Source of the DNA: Acaryochloris marina MBIC11017
GTDB lineage: Bacteria; Cyanobacteriota; Cyanobacteriia; Thermosynechococcales; Thermosynechococcaceae
Reading direction: 5' to 3'
DNA length: 32,000 bases
NCBI RefSeq assembly: GCF_000018105.1
Contig: NC_009925.1
Location: forward strand, 930,001-962,000
The position numbers were made by a program, and so were the translations under genes. The notes beneath the pieces were generated by a model. The model searched no databases. It saw nothing but the letters and a program-made list of their open reading frames with translations, and was not told the origin of the DNA. Shown piece by piece: positions 9,008 through 17,891 of the stretch (position 1 is its first letter; each line of letters starts with the position of its first letter).

Positions 9008-10006
9008 CTAAATGCCAGTGGAAGGGCAAGGAGTTTCTGGGGACTGCCCAAACCAGCGATTAAGCTGGTCTGGGTTCAAAGAGCGACTCCATCGCCACAG
9101 ATGCCATAAAACATAAACAAAGGTCCATAAAAGGGATAACTTATTGGGCAAAGACCAGGCTTCCCAGTGGAGCACTTGCATCATCCGTTTCAGGGTACGA
9201 CTAAAACTACTAGGTTTTTGTTTCGTCGTTCTTAACTGGGGGCGAAGTAAAGTCATCAGAATCTTAAACATCGAGATGTGAGGATAAGCCCAGCGCCCAA
9301 ATCCCCAAAATTTGGTCATATGGTTAATTTCGTCAATCAATAGTTCAGCTAACACCTGATGCAATGGCCCCGTTGAATGCGCCATTAACCACACATACAG
9401 GCAAGTAGCCCCATATTCCGTCGCCACGCGATGGAGACCATGCTCGAACAAATCTTGATGGGGATTATCCGTCGGTTCATAAGGTCTGGGATCGTGGGGC
9501 AGGGGCATCAGCTTTAATCCAGACAGTTGGGTATATAACCGCTGTAGTGCGGGGGAATGTTGGCGTTCTTCCTTTTCCCAGAGTCCCAGCTCCACTAAGT
9601 CTCCTTGGTCATTAACGGTACCGCCCACAAATCGAGCCATGGGGGGATGGAGGGGAGAGAGATATTGGCGACTAGTTTGGGTATAGCCGCGAATAGGGGT
9701 TTCTGTATCAATACTGCCCGCAAGAATAGCTAAAAAAATAAGGGGATCAATTCCCCTTATCTGACCTGGTTCAATCTGATTCCAGTTAAGCGGCTGCCAA
9801 GGTCTTGGTTGGGGATCTTGGAACTGTTGGGATAAATCTTGTAGGCGATCGTTGAGGATATCGGCAGCAAGATAGGTCTTTATCAGTTGATTGAGACGTT
9901 TTGAAATGGGAGCTGTTTCAAACGATTGGGTGGATGAAGACGGGTCAAGGAACGAGGGATTGAACAATAACGTGGGAGTCATGGCACTTTCCGGGGTAGC
10001 TTGCAT
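9008..10006 (-). CDS. soluble acyl-ACP-desaturase-like di-iron (ferritin-like) protein with a hydrophobic C-terminal extension
   Basis: 332-aa ORF with two E-x-x-H di-iron motifs in desaturase-like context. WEKEERQHSPALQRLYTQLSG parallels plant [20 protein letters not shown], and LLIDEINHMTKF parallels IAADEKRHETAY. Upstream SIDTETPIRGY parallels MITEEALPTY. Confidence 0.55.
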   Translation of the reverse strand: MQATPESAMTPTLLFNPSFLDPSSSTQSFETAPISKRLNQLIKTYLAADILNDRLQDLSQQFQDPQPRPWQPLNWNQIEPGQIRGIDPLIFLAILAGSIDTETPIRGYTQTSRQYLSPLHPPMARFVGGTVNDQGDLVELGLWEKEERQHSPALQRLYTQLSGLKLMPLPHDPRPYEPTDNPHQDLFEHGLHRVATEYGATCLYVWLMAHSTGPLHQVLAELLIDEINHMTKFWGFGRWAYPHISMFKILMTLLRPQLRTTKQKPSSFSRTLKRMMQVLHWEAWSLPNKLSLLWTFVYVLWHLWRWSRSLNPDQLNRWFGQSPETPCPSTGI

Positions 10007-10157
10007 CCAATAGCCTAAGCAAGGACTATCCAGAAGTCAGTCGGCCACAGTCGGGACTTAAAAGTCGGAAAGTCGGATCTAGGTTCGTTTTCGGTGATCC
10101 TATGTTGGGCGTTTCCATGCCCGGAATCGATCTCAAGCTTGTTGCTGATTTGATGGA

Positions 10158-11559
10158 TATATCCCTCTTTTATCACTTTAGACAGATAAAAAATAGACTA
10201 TTCTCAGTTTCTATTTTTCTAATGAGTGATGTCAGCTTCAAGAAGTCCAGAACCAACCATTGGCTTTGTTGATGAGTACTGCCAACTATTTGCAGAGTTA
10301 TTTCCCCAAGTCCGCAGTTATGAAGCCTTCAAGCATCTCCATCTGGGGATGATTAGTGATATCAAACGTAAATCATTGCCCGCCATTGCAAGAGCAGTGG
10401 GCTTGGAGAACCATCAAAGCCTGCATCATTTTCTGAGTGAATCACCTTGGGTAGCGTCACATTTGTCTGACAAGAGATTGGACATCATCTTGAAAATACT
10501 GGATGGGCGCAGGTTAATTCTATTGATCGATGAGACGGGCGATTGCAAAAAAGGCAAGAGTACCGACTATGTGAAACGGCAGTATATCGGCAATGTGGGC
10601 AAGAAAGAGAATGGCATCGTCGCAGTCACTGCCTACGGGCTGTTTCAAGGGATGATTTTGCCTTTGTCCTTTGAAGTGTACAAACCCCGAGAACGTCTTA
10701 AAGAGGAGGATGAGTATCTCAGCAAACCCCAAATTGCTGCTGGAATGATCCGACAGTTGCAAGGGATGGGCTTTTGCTTTGAGCTCGTCCTGGCTGACAG
10801 CTTGTATGGGGAAGCTCAAACAAACTTTGTGAATGTCTTAGAGGAGTTAAAGCTGCCCTATATCCTAGCGATTCGTAGCAATCATGCGGTGTGGTTACCC
10901 GCAGAACAAGCAGTCTTTGCCGAACCGTGGCAGTCATTTGAACGAACCTTCAGCAATGGCACCACTGAAACTCGTTACAGGCAAGAGATCATTTATGGCC
11001 AGCGACACCACCAGAAGCGCTATTGGCTATTAACCACGGACCCCCAAACGCTACCAGAGAACTCAACCTCTTATGTCATGGCAGCGGCACCCGAGATCAA
11101 GCTGGATGAAATTGGGGATTGCTATGGCTTCAGAACTTGGATTGAGTATGGTCTCAAACAGTCTAAAGATACCTTGGGTTGGGCTGATTTTCGCATGACG
11201 CACTACGAACAAATTGAAAAGTGGTGGGAGATAGTGATGAGCGCTTTCTTGATGGTGAGTTTGTTCGCTGATGTCTTCAATGACTCTTGTCCAGTGGCAC
11301 ATCAACACTTTGCGCAGCATCCTTGGTGGGATAACCAAAACGGGTGGAAGAATCTGCTCAATAATGTGCGCTTGATCATTCAACCGTTAATCAGTTGGAA
11401 TCTTCTAAAGCGCTGGTTAGAAGTCTTTCCCAGCCGTGCTTTGAAAAAGGGGTTTGAGCAACTCACATCAAAGATGGAGGCATTTTGCTGTCCACTGGTG
11501 AGGAAATTGCTCAAGCATCCTGATTTTCTCTCTGTCTAAAGTGATAAAAGAGGGATATA
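10158..11559 (+). mobile_element. IS701-family insertion sequence (about 1.4 kb) with perfect 29-bp terminal inverted repeats
   Basis: IRL at 10158..10186 is tatatccctcttttatcactttagacaga. IRR at 11531..11559 is its exact reverse complement. They enclose a single DDE transposase ORF. I found no target-site duplication. Confidence 0.85.
10226..11539 (+). CDS. IS701-family DDE transposase
   Basis: 437-aa ORF; the likely ATG is at 10229. The N-terminus is typical of IS701 transposases (RSYEAFKHLHLGMISDIKRKSLPAIARAVGLENHQSLHHFLSESPW). DDE candidates are LLIDETGD, VLADSLYG and WIEYGLKQSKDTLG. Confidence 0.85.
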   Translation: MMSASRSPEPTIGFVDEYCQLFAELFPQVRSYEAFKHLHLGMISDIKRKSLPAIARAVGLENHQSLHHFLSESPWVASHLSDKRLDIILKILDGRRLILLIDETGDCKKGKSTDYVKRQYIGNVGKKENGIVAVTAYGLFQGMILPLSFEVYKPRERLKEEDEYLSKPQIAAGMIRQLQGMGFCFELVLADSLYGEAQTNFVNVLEELKLPYILAIRSNHAVWLPAEQAVFAEPWQSFERTFSNGTTETRYRQEIIYGQRHHQKRYWLLTTDPQTLPENSTSYVMAAAPEIKLDEIGDCYGFRTWIEYGLKQSKDTLGWADFRMTHYEQIEKWWEIVMSAFLMVSLFADVFNDSCPVAHQHFAQHPWWDNQNGWKNLLNNVRLIIQPLISWNLLKRWLEVFPSRALKKGFEQLTSKMEAFCCPLVRKLLKHPDFLSV

Positions 11560-12513
11560 GCAGTCGCCATATTGAGAAGGACTTAAACTAGAGAAGTATT
11601 TTATTCCTTCTCCTGTGTGATGCCCAAAATTTATAGTTTCGACCTACGTTGCAAAGTGATAGATGCGATTGAGCTAGATGGGATGCGCCCTTCAGAAGCG
11701 AGTGAACTGTTCGATATCAGTCGTAACACCATTAACCAATGGCAACACCTCAAGGCGGAAACGGGTGATTTGCATCCCAAGCCAGTCCATCATCCTGGCC
11801 ATAGCCATAAAATCACTGACTGGGACAAGTTTCGAGCGTTTGCCCACAAGCATCGTCATAAAACCCAAGCTCAGATGGCTCAACTATGGGATGGAGAGAT
11901 TAGTGATCGAACCATCTCAAGAGCCCTCCAGAAAATCGGATTTACTCGAAAAAAAAACATATGGGTACCGAGAACGAGATAAGCACAAACGGGCAGCGTT
12001 CATCAAACGTCTGAGTACCGTGGACCCAGACGATATCGTCTATGCGGATGAGTCGGGCATGGATCATCGAGACGAGTATGACTATGCTTATGGCCCCAAA
12101 GGTGAGCGGGTTTATGCTTTGAAGACTGGGCGTAGAAGCGGCCGAGTCAATATGATTGCGGCGTTGAGAGCAAAGCAGTTGATGGCACCGTTCACGATCG
12201 AAGGAGCTTGCAATCGGACTGTGTTTGAACTTTGGCTAGAGCGTTGCTTGATACCCGTGCTCAAGCCTGGGCAGAAGCTGGTGATAGATAATGCCACTTT
12301 TCACAAGGGAGGACAAATACAGGAATTAGTGGAAAAAGCAGGATGTGAGGTTTGGTATTTACCGCCTTATTCCCCTGACTTGAACAAGATTGAGCGGTCT
12401 TGGTCTTGGATTAAAAGTCGCATCCGTCACCAATTAGAACATTTTGGATCTCTCAGAGAAGCAATGGAACATGTTCTACATCTAGTGTCCTGAATAGAAT
12501 GGCGACTGCTATA
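11556..12513 (+). mobile_element. IS630-family (Tc1/mariner-like) insertion sequence at a TA abutting the IS701 right end
   Basis: A perfect 15-bp inverted repeat, including flanking TA: tatagcagtcgccat at 11556..11570 and atggcgactgctata at 12499..12513. The exact ends are ambiguous by 2-4 bp because the junction lies in TATATA. Confidence 0.8.
11617..12493 (+). CDS. IS630-family transposase, two frames joined at an A9 run (frameshift or slippage needed)
   Basis: Frame A (11617..11982) encodes the HTH part and ends ...QKIGFTRKKNIW.. Frame B (to 12493) continues ...KKTYGYRERD.. and carries the DDE triad: YADESG, IDNATFH, PPYSPDLNKIE. The frames meet at the A9 run 11949..11957. An A8 run would give one continuous ORF. 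Confidence 0.8.
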
Positions 12514-13045
12514 AAAGCCTCTGAAGTCTTCTCTGTCTCTTAAGACAGGGGGAAAACTCGCCGACCAATGGTGTATCCAATATTAATGTCAGAGTCTGGA
12601 TCAACTTCACAGGTATGGGGTTCAAAATAGGCTGTCGCTAAGGTTAGCCAACCGATAAAGTATCCTTCTCCCCCGCAAATCGTACATCCACCGTCTCCCC
12701 CTCGGGTGAAGCATGGGTCAGCCAGTAGTTCAGATTTGTATGGATCCTCTGCAATAAACAGACCAAAGGCATTGGGGCGGTGATGATAGTCCCAGTCAGC
12801 TTGAAACCCTTGCATAGGGTAATCAAGTTTCCCACCAGAAAGAATCCATTGACGCCTCCAAGCGGCTTCATCGGGACTGACGCTTGTGGGATAGCGGTCG
12901 CAAGGGACATGATTTCCCCAGCGAAATAGGTTAGGACTGCCTGCACCACACGCATATTCCCATTCATCGGCAGTAGGATATCGAAACCCATCAACCTGTA
13001 ATTCTGTACAGAGGGATTCATGGATAGACTGGTTGGAGCTTTCGG

Positions 13046-13054
13046 CAATTAAAC
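13046..13054. repeat. target-site duplication, left copy (CAATTAAAC)
   Basis: Exact 9-mer immediately outside IRL, identical to 14114..14122. Confidence 0.9.
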
Positions 13055-14113
13055 GGCGTTGTTGCATGAATAGGTGCTGCGGATTAGGCGCGGGCTAGAG
13101 TTTATGTACCACCAAAAACCGCTAGCCCATGAGTTACCAAATCCGCAACTGGTCCGAGTATAACGCTGGTCTCAAACAGCGGGGAAGTGTGACCTTCTGG
13201 CTCGAACAATCAGCTATCGTTCATTGGCTAGAAACCACACCGAGACAAAAGCGGGGAGCCTCTCTGACCTATAGCGATACAGCAATCTCCACCTTCGAGA
13301 CCGTCAAATGTATCTATGGTTTAGCAGGGCGTCAAACCGAAGGATTTCTAAATTCATTGTTTGAGTTGATGGGAATTGAGCTTCCCGTTTGTGACCACAG
13401 CACCGTCTCTCGGCGGAAAGGTCAGCTATCGATTTCATTGCCCGTTATACCTAAGCAAGGTGCCATTCACGTCGTTATCGATAGCACAGGGATCAAAGTC
13501 TATGGTGAAGGAGAGTGGAAAACCAGGCAACATGGTGTGAGCAAACGTCGGACGTGGCGTAAACTTCACTTGAGTGTTGATGAGTCCACTGGAGAAATTC
13601 TCACGGGTGTCGTGACAACCAATGACGTTCAGGATGGTGAAGTGTTTGAAGATCTCCTTGAAGGCATCGACGATGAGATTGAACAGGTCTCTGCTGACGG
13701 AGCCTATGACCAAAGTCATTGCTATGATGCCCTCATGGAGCGCAATGCCACAGCTGCAATTCCCCCAAGGAAGAATGCCAAAATTTGGCAACATGGAAAC
13801 TGCAATGCTCCACCCCATCCACGAGATCAAAATCTCAGAGCCATCCGAAAACAGGGACGAAAGAGGTGGAAAAAACAAGCCCACTATCATCGGCGGTCTC
13901 TAGCTGAAACGACGATGTTTCGCTTCAAAACTATCTTTGGGGGTCAGGTACGTTCCCGTAACTTTGATAATCAAGCCACAGAGTTACTCCTGCAGTGTGC
14001 GGCACTCAATCGAATGATTCAGATCGCCAAACCCGAGACTGTTTGGGTTGAAGCTTAAGAATAACGAGGAGAGGCAATTCATCTAGCCTTTACGCGATTC
14101 ATGCAACAAAGCC
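13055..14113 (+). mobile_element. IS5-family, IS903-group insertion sequence (1059 bp)
   Basis: IRL at 13055..13071 is ggcgttgttgcatgaat. IRR at 14097..14113 reverse-complements to ggctttgttgcatgaat, matching 16/17. It is flanked by a perfect 9-bp direct repeat. The size, 9-bp duplication and terminus resemble IS903 as I recall it (GGCTTTGTTGAATAAATC). Confidence 0.9.
13129..14058 (+). CDS. IS5-family (IS903-group) DDE transposase
   Basis: 309-aa ORF with the typical N-terminus MSYQIRNWSEYNAGLKQRGSVTFWL. It fills the element between the inverted repeats. Confidence 0.9.
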   Translation: MSYQIRNWSEYNAGLKQRGSVTFWLEQSAIVHWLETTPRQKRGASLTYSDTAISTFETVKCIYGLAGRQTEGFLNSLFELMGIELPVCDHSTVSRRKGQLSISLPVIPKQGAIHVVIDSTGIKVYGEGEWKTRQHGVSKRRTWRKLHLSVDESTGEILTGVVTTNDVQDGEVFEDLLEGIDDEIEQVSADGAYDQSHCYDALMERNATAAIPPRKNAKIWQHGNCNAPPHPRDQNLRAIRKQGRKRWKKQAHYHRRSLAETTMFRFKTIFGGQVRSRNFDNQATELLLQCAALNRMIQIAKPETVWVEA

Positions 14114-14122
14114 CAATTAAAC
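14114..14122. repeat. target-site duplication, right copy (CAATTAAAC)
   Basis: Exact 9-mer immediately outside IRR, identical to 13046..13054. Confidence 0.9.
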
Positions 14123-14845
14123 CACCAAACTCATCACGGGTTACCCTAATTCCCCGATTGCTATTTGATATCGATGAAAAGTGGGAAGCGCCCTTAGGTA
14201 GATGTTCAACGATTGCTCTCACCTCTGGTTCATCAATACTGACGGATTGCCATCCCACTTCAACTGCACAAGCTTCCATTAAGAGTGGGGGGATTGTGAC
14301 GATACGTTTTCTCAGTGTTGCTGATTCAATCTGTTCTTCCATCGATAACTCAAGCCCGCATTCATTAGCAGTGAGTTTCCAGCTTTCAAGTTCATCTGGA
14401 TTAGGAGTCCAATGGGAAACATCAAATCCTAGCTCTATCTGGGCTCCCGGTATCAAGGCAAATACAGCGTTGTCAAATGAGAACAATGCGACTTCATTTG
14501 TAATGGATCCCATCGCAAAGGAAGCCACACAATTGAAGGCAAATCCTTTGGGCAATTGGTGCAAGAGTATTTTGGCAAACGCTGCTTTGTCTGAAGTTGA
14601 GAGGTGTTGCCAGTGGATACGATCAGGAATTCTCATTGTCCAAGCGACTATTTCTCAAAAGACCCTACCCTCCAATATGAATCCTGCACTATTTTGGGTC
14701 ATTCAGACTCAGGTGGGCCATCGTTGAGTCCTGTCCACAAAGAGAGCGTAGAGAAACAACTGTCAATTTATTACGGTCAAAGTTTATGAGGTTATGGGAT
14801 GGGGCATGCTAGAACGTATCCATTGCGACAATTTTAATAAACGAA

Positions 14846-16549
14846 GTGATGAAATTTGCTGCTAGTCTTCCGGTTGTTTTGGTTGGGGCTGCTGCCGTGG
14901 TGGTGCAACCCCAGATTAGTCACGCTTTAAATGCGGCTGAAGTTGCCAAAATTGCCCGCAATGTCACGGTCCGAGTCGATAGTCAAGCACCCGGTTCCGG
15001 GGTGATTATTAAGCAGGATGGAGACACCTATACGGTGTTAACGGCAGCCCATGTGGTGGGCAGCGAAGATACTTATGAAGTGATCACGCCGGATCGGGCT
15101 CGACATTCGGTGGCCAATACAACTATCCAGCGGTTACCCAATGTCGATCTGGCGTTGATTCAGTTTTCTAGTAGCCAGGCTTATAAGGTGGCAGAAGTGG
15201 GCAATGCCCAGCAAATTTCTGCGGGAATGCCCTGCTATGTTGCAGGATTCCCAGGGAAAACGGCGGCCATCAATGAGGTGGTTTACAACTTTACAGCCGG
15301 ACAAATTACGGCGAATGCTGTGCAACCTTTACGAGATGGGTATGGACTGGTCTATTCCAATGCCACGTTGCCAGGGATGAGTGGTGGCGCGGTTCTAGAT
15401 AGCCAAGGTCAACTGATTGGGATTCATGGTCGAGCAGATACGACGCCTCAAGCCCAAAATCCTAATCTGAATCCCGATATTTACGTCAAAACCGGATTTA
15501 ACTTAGGCATTCCTATCAATACATTTTTGCAAAAAGCCGACGATGCCAACCTGGATTTGGGCTTTACGACGCCACCACCCAAACCCGCTGCTCCTGCATC
15601 GGTTGATCAAGCGCTGGCTGAGGCAGGACAGGCTTTAGGCCGGGGAGAGAGTAGCAAAGCGGTCTCTAAGTTTAATCAGGTATTGGGGAGCGATCGCAAA
15701 GCCGTAGCGCTACATGGCCGAGGATTAGCCCATTACCAACGAGGTAATTACAAGGAAGCTTTAGCAGACTTGAACCATGCGATCGCCATCGATCCTTATA
15801 ACGCTTTGTTCTTCAACAGTCGAGGGTCAGTCCATTTAGCCCAGGCGCTCCAGCCTAATCGAAATCTACAGTCTGGGGCCTCACGGGCCGAGAGAGATTT
15901 TAGTGAAGCCCTTAAGCTCAATCCCGACGATAGCAATGCTTACAATAATCGCGGATTAGCCAACTTCTATATGGGTGCCAGAACCCAAGCAATTGACGAT
16001 TACAATCAGGCTTTGCGTCTAGATCCGGGATTGGCCAAAGCCTATAAAAATCGAGGGTTCACTCGCTGGCTAGAGCAAGATATTCGCGGCGCTTTGTTGG
16101 ATCTCAAGCAAGCCCTCACCATCGATCCAACCTACGCACCAGCCTATCAAACCCGTGGTCGGTTACAGTTTCGACAGGGAGAAGTAGCTAAGGCAATAGC
16201 CGATTACGATCAGGCTATCCAGTTAAAACCGAAAGCGGGTAAAACCTATATTTATCGAGGAATTGCCCGCTATGAGAACTCCGAAGTTCCTGGAGCAATC
16301 CAAGACTGGCAAGCTGCCATTAAAGCTAGTCCCGAAGAGTCTGCTGGTGCTCATTTGCTGATTGGTGCGACTTTATTAACTCAAGGTCGAGAAAATGAGG
16401 CTTTACAGAAATTGAAAACAGCTAAACAACTTGAACGAACCTGGACCAATCAAGGCTTTCTAAGCCAAGTGTTAGGCAAACGGTTACTGAAGGAGGCTAC
16501 TGCATTACTGGAGCATCCTAAGGCTCAAGCATTACTTAAATCCCGCTAA
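14846..16549 (+). CDS. secreted trypsin-like (S1) serine protease fused to about 7 TPR repeats
   Basis: 567-aa ORF; GTG at 14846 and ATG at 14849. Signal peptide KFAASLPVVLVGAAAVVVQPQISHA. Catalytic triad context is TAAHVV, NVDLALI and LPGMSGGAVL. The C-terminal half carries repeated TPR consensus (A..Y..AI.LDP..A.AY.NRG). Confidence 0.85.
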   Translation: MMKFAASLPVVLVGAAAVVVQPQISHALNAAEVAKIARNVTVRVDSQAPGSGVIIKQDGDTYTVLTAAHVVGSEDTYEVITPDRARHSVANTTIQRLPNVDLALIQFSSSQAYKVAEVGNAQQISAGMPCYVAGFPGKTAAINEVVYNFTAGQITANAVQPLRDGYGLVYSNATLPGMSGGAVLDSQGQLIGIHGRADTTPQAQNPNLNPDIYVKTGFNLGIPINTFLQKADDANLDLGFTTPPPKPAAPASVDQALAEAGQALGRGESSKAVSKFNQVLGSDRKAVALHGRGLAHYQRGNYKEALADLNHAIAIDPYNALFFNSRGSVHLAQALQPNRNLQSGASRAERDFSEALKLNPDDSNAYNNRGLANFYMGARTQAIDDYNQALRLDPGLAKAYKNRGFTRWLEQDIRGALLDLKQALTIDPTYAPAYQTRGRLQFRQGEVAKAIADYDQAIQLKPKAGKTYIYRGIARYENSEVPGAIQDWQAAIKASPEESAGAHLLIGATLLTQGRENEALQKLKTAKQLERTWTNQGFLSQVLGKRLLKEATALLEHPKAQALLKSR

Positions 16550-16660
16550 TAGCGTTTGGTGGGCCTCATGTTGTTCAGAAAAGAGAAGCAGCCTCTTAAG
16601 GGCTAAATTTTAGAAATTTCGGAATTATACCTGATGTAGCTGGAGCAGTGTTATTGCCTC

Positions 16661-17746
16661 ATGCCGATATCCTATAACTTCGCAAATGCTCAGCGATTGG
16701 TTATCAAACCTTTCGATCGGTTGGGGTTCATCAGTCTGTATCTGTTTGCCACTGTTATCAGCATTTATGCAGCCAACATCGTAACAGGGCAAGCTCCCTT
16801 TGTTCACCTGTGGCAACAAAATCCGATGCAATTCATTATCATTGCTGGACTGATCGGTGGAACATTCATGGGAGCGGCCCAATGGTTGATTCTTCGTCAG
16901 TACTTTCCGGACTGGAAGTGGATTCTAGCGGTTGCTGTAGGGAGTACATTGTTTAACACGCTCCAATTTGCTTTTGACAAGAGATTCGATGAGCTTTTGT
17001 TTGGGACTGTAGAGAACTTATCTAGCTCTAGAAGCAATGCCGCTACAGAACTGACCGCCATGTATATGGCGCTGCTTGGGGCGACTGTTATTGCTGGGTT
17101 CTTACAGTGGTATATCTTGCAAGCCTATGTTGCCTCTGCAAAGTGGTGGATGATAATCCCACTCATAACAACCTTAGTGGCTATCATTCCATTGGTATTG
17201 AGCGTTTTAGCCCAACAATATATTTCTCTCCCCTTTCCTATTCTGACGAATATTATTTATCTCTATCCTGCAATTCAGGCGATTGCCTTTTGCTGTTTAC
17301 ACAAAAAGTCAGAGCAAAATATTCTGCAAACAGCTTTAGCTTGTGCACCAGATATTACTGGATATAGAAAAAGTCGCTCCTTGGGCAACAAGCTATACGC
17401 CCGTTTAACTCAACTTTGGGCAACAGAATTGAATTTATCAGTCGGTCAACTCTCCTACCTAGTAGGCATTAATGCAACAAGGTCCCATATTTTCTTTGAG
17501 CCAATGAACGCAACGTCAGCAAATAATGTTGATTTAACACCATTACCGATCATTGCCTCCTCAGTAGACGAAGCAGATCAGCAGCTAGAAGGTGAGTCTT
17601 TCGCTAAGTTTCAACTGTTGTTTTTACCGCCAGGAATCATTCAAATTCGTCCATGGAGAGGGATTCCTTTAGTTTGGATCAGCATAGGAGTTTGTGGGGC
17701 CATCGTTGCAATTCAGTACTGCTTAGCTTGGTTGCAGGTTGGTTAA
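16661..17746 (+). CDS. hypothetical polytopic membrane protein with an internal QW-motif duplication
   Basis: 361-aa ORF with about 6 N-terminal TM helices, a soluble region of about 110 aa, and a terminal TM. The two repeats are GAAQWLILRQYFPDWKWILAV and AGFLQWYILQAYVASAKWWMIIPL. Confidence 0.6.
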   Translation: MPISYNFANAQRLVIKPFDRLGFISLYLFATVISIYAANIVTGQAPFVHLWQQNPMQFIIIAGLIGGTFMGAAQWLILRQYFPDWKWILAVAVGSTLFNTLQFAFDKRFDELLFGTVENLSSSRSNAATELTAMYMALLGATVIAGFLQWYILQAYVASAKWWMIIPLITTLVAIIPLVLSVLAQQYISLPFPILTNIIYLYPAIQAIAFCCLHKKSEQNILQTALACAPDITGYRKSRSLGNKLYARLTQLWATELNLSVGQLSYLVGINATRSHIFFEPMNATSANNVDLTPLPIIASSVDEADQQLEGESFAKFQLLFLPPGIIQIRPWRGIPLVWISIGVCGAIVAIQYCLAWLQVG

Positions 17747-17762
17747 GGCTAGCTAAAAGAAA

Positions 17763-17786
17763 AATGGACTAGCTCTAGTCATTTTT
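17763..17786 (+). terminator. candidate rho-independent terminator
   Basis: atg-gactag-ct-ctagtc-at stem followed by T6 (17781..17786) and preceded by an A-rich run. It begins 17 nt after the stop of 16661..17746. Confidence 0.45.
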
Positions 17787-17891
17787 TAGAAATACAGATC
17801 ACTCAGGGAAGTACTCAGACATTGCTTTTTGACCAATTAGCAAATTCACTTTAGCTAGACTTGAAATATCTTGCTCATAAAGGACGATTAG

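Larger units (their letters stand above)
12540..14636 (-). pseudogene. SUMF1/FGE (formylglycine-generating-enzyme-like) domain gene interrupted by the IS903-group element
   Basis: The N-terminal fragment (14636 down to 14114) contains FALIPGAQIELGFD. The C-terminal fragment (13054 down to 12540) contains DGFRYPTADEWEYACGAG and RWGNH. Removing 13055..14113 and one copy of the duplication (1068 nt, a multiple of 3) restores one frame of about 342 aa, with junction ...TRDEFGGLI/AESSNQSIHE... Confidence 0.8.

Noticed and set aside
10140-12530. Target-site duplication for the IS701-family element
   Set aside because: The flanks (…tgatgga on the left, aaagcc… on the right after removing the IS630 element) share no 4-bp direct repeat, so I report none.
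12644-13048. 134-aa minus-strand ORF overlapping 12540..13067 in another frame
   Set aside because: The overlapping frame carries the SUMF1/FGE motifs (DEWEYACGAG, RWGNH). This one has no recognisable features.
14101-14727. 208-aa plus-strand ORF antisense to the FGE-gene N-terminal fragment
   Set aside because: The translation is Ser-rich and low-complexity. Its first codons lie inside the IS903-type inverted repeat. The opposite strand carries recognisable FGE-like sequence and reconstructs in frame across the IS.
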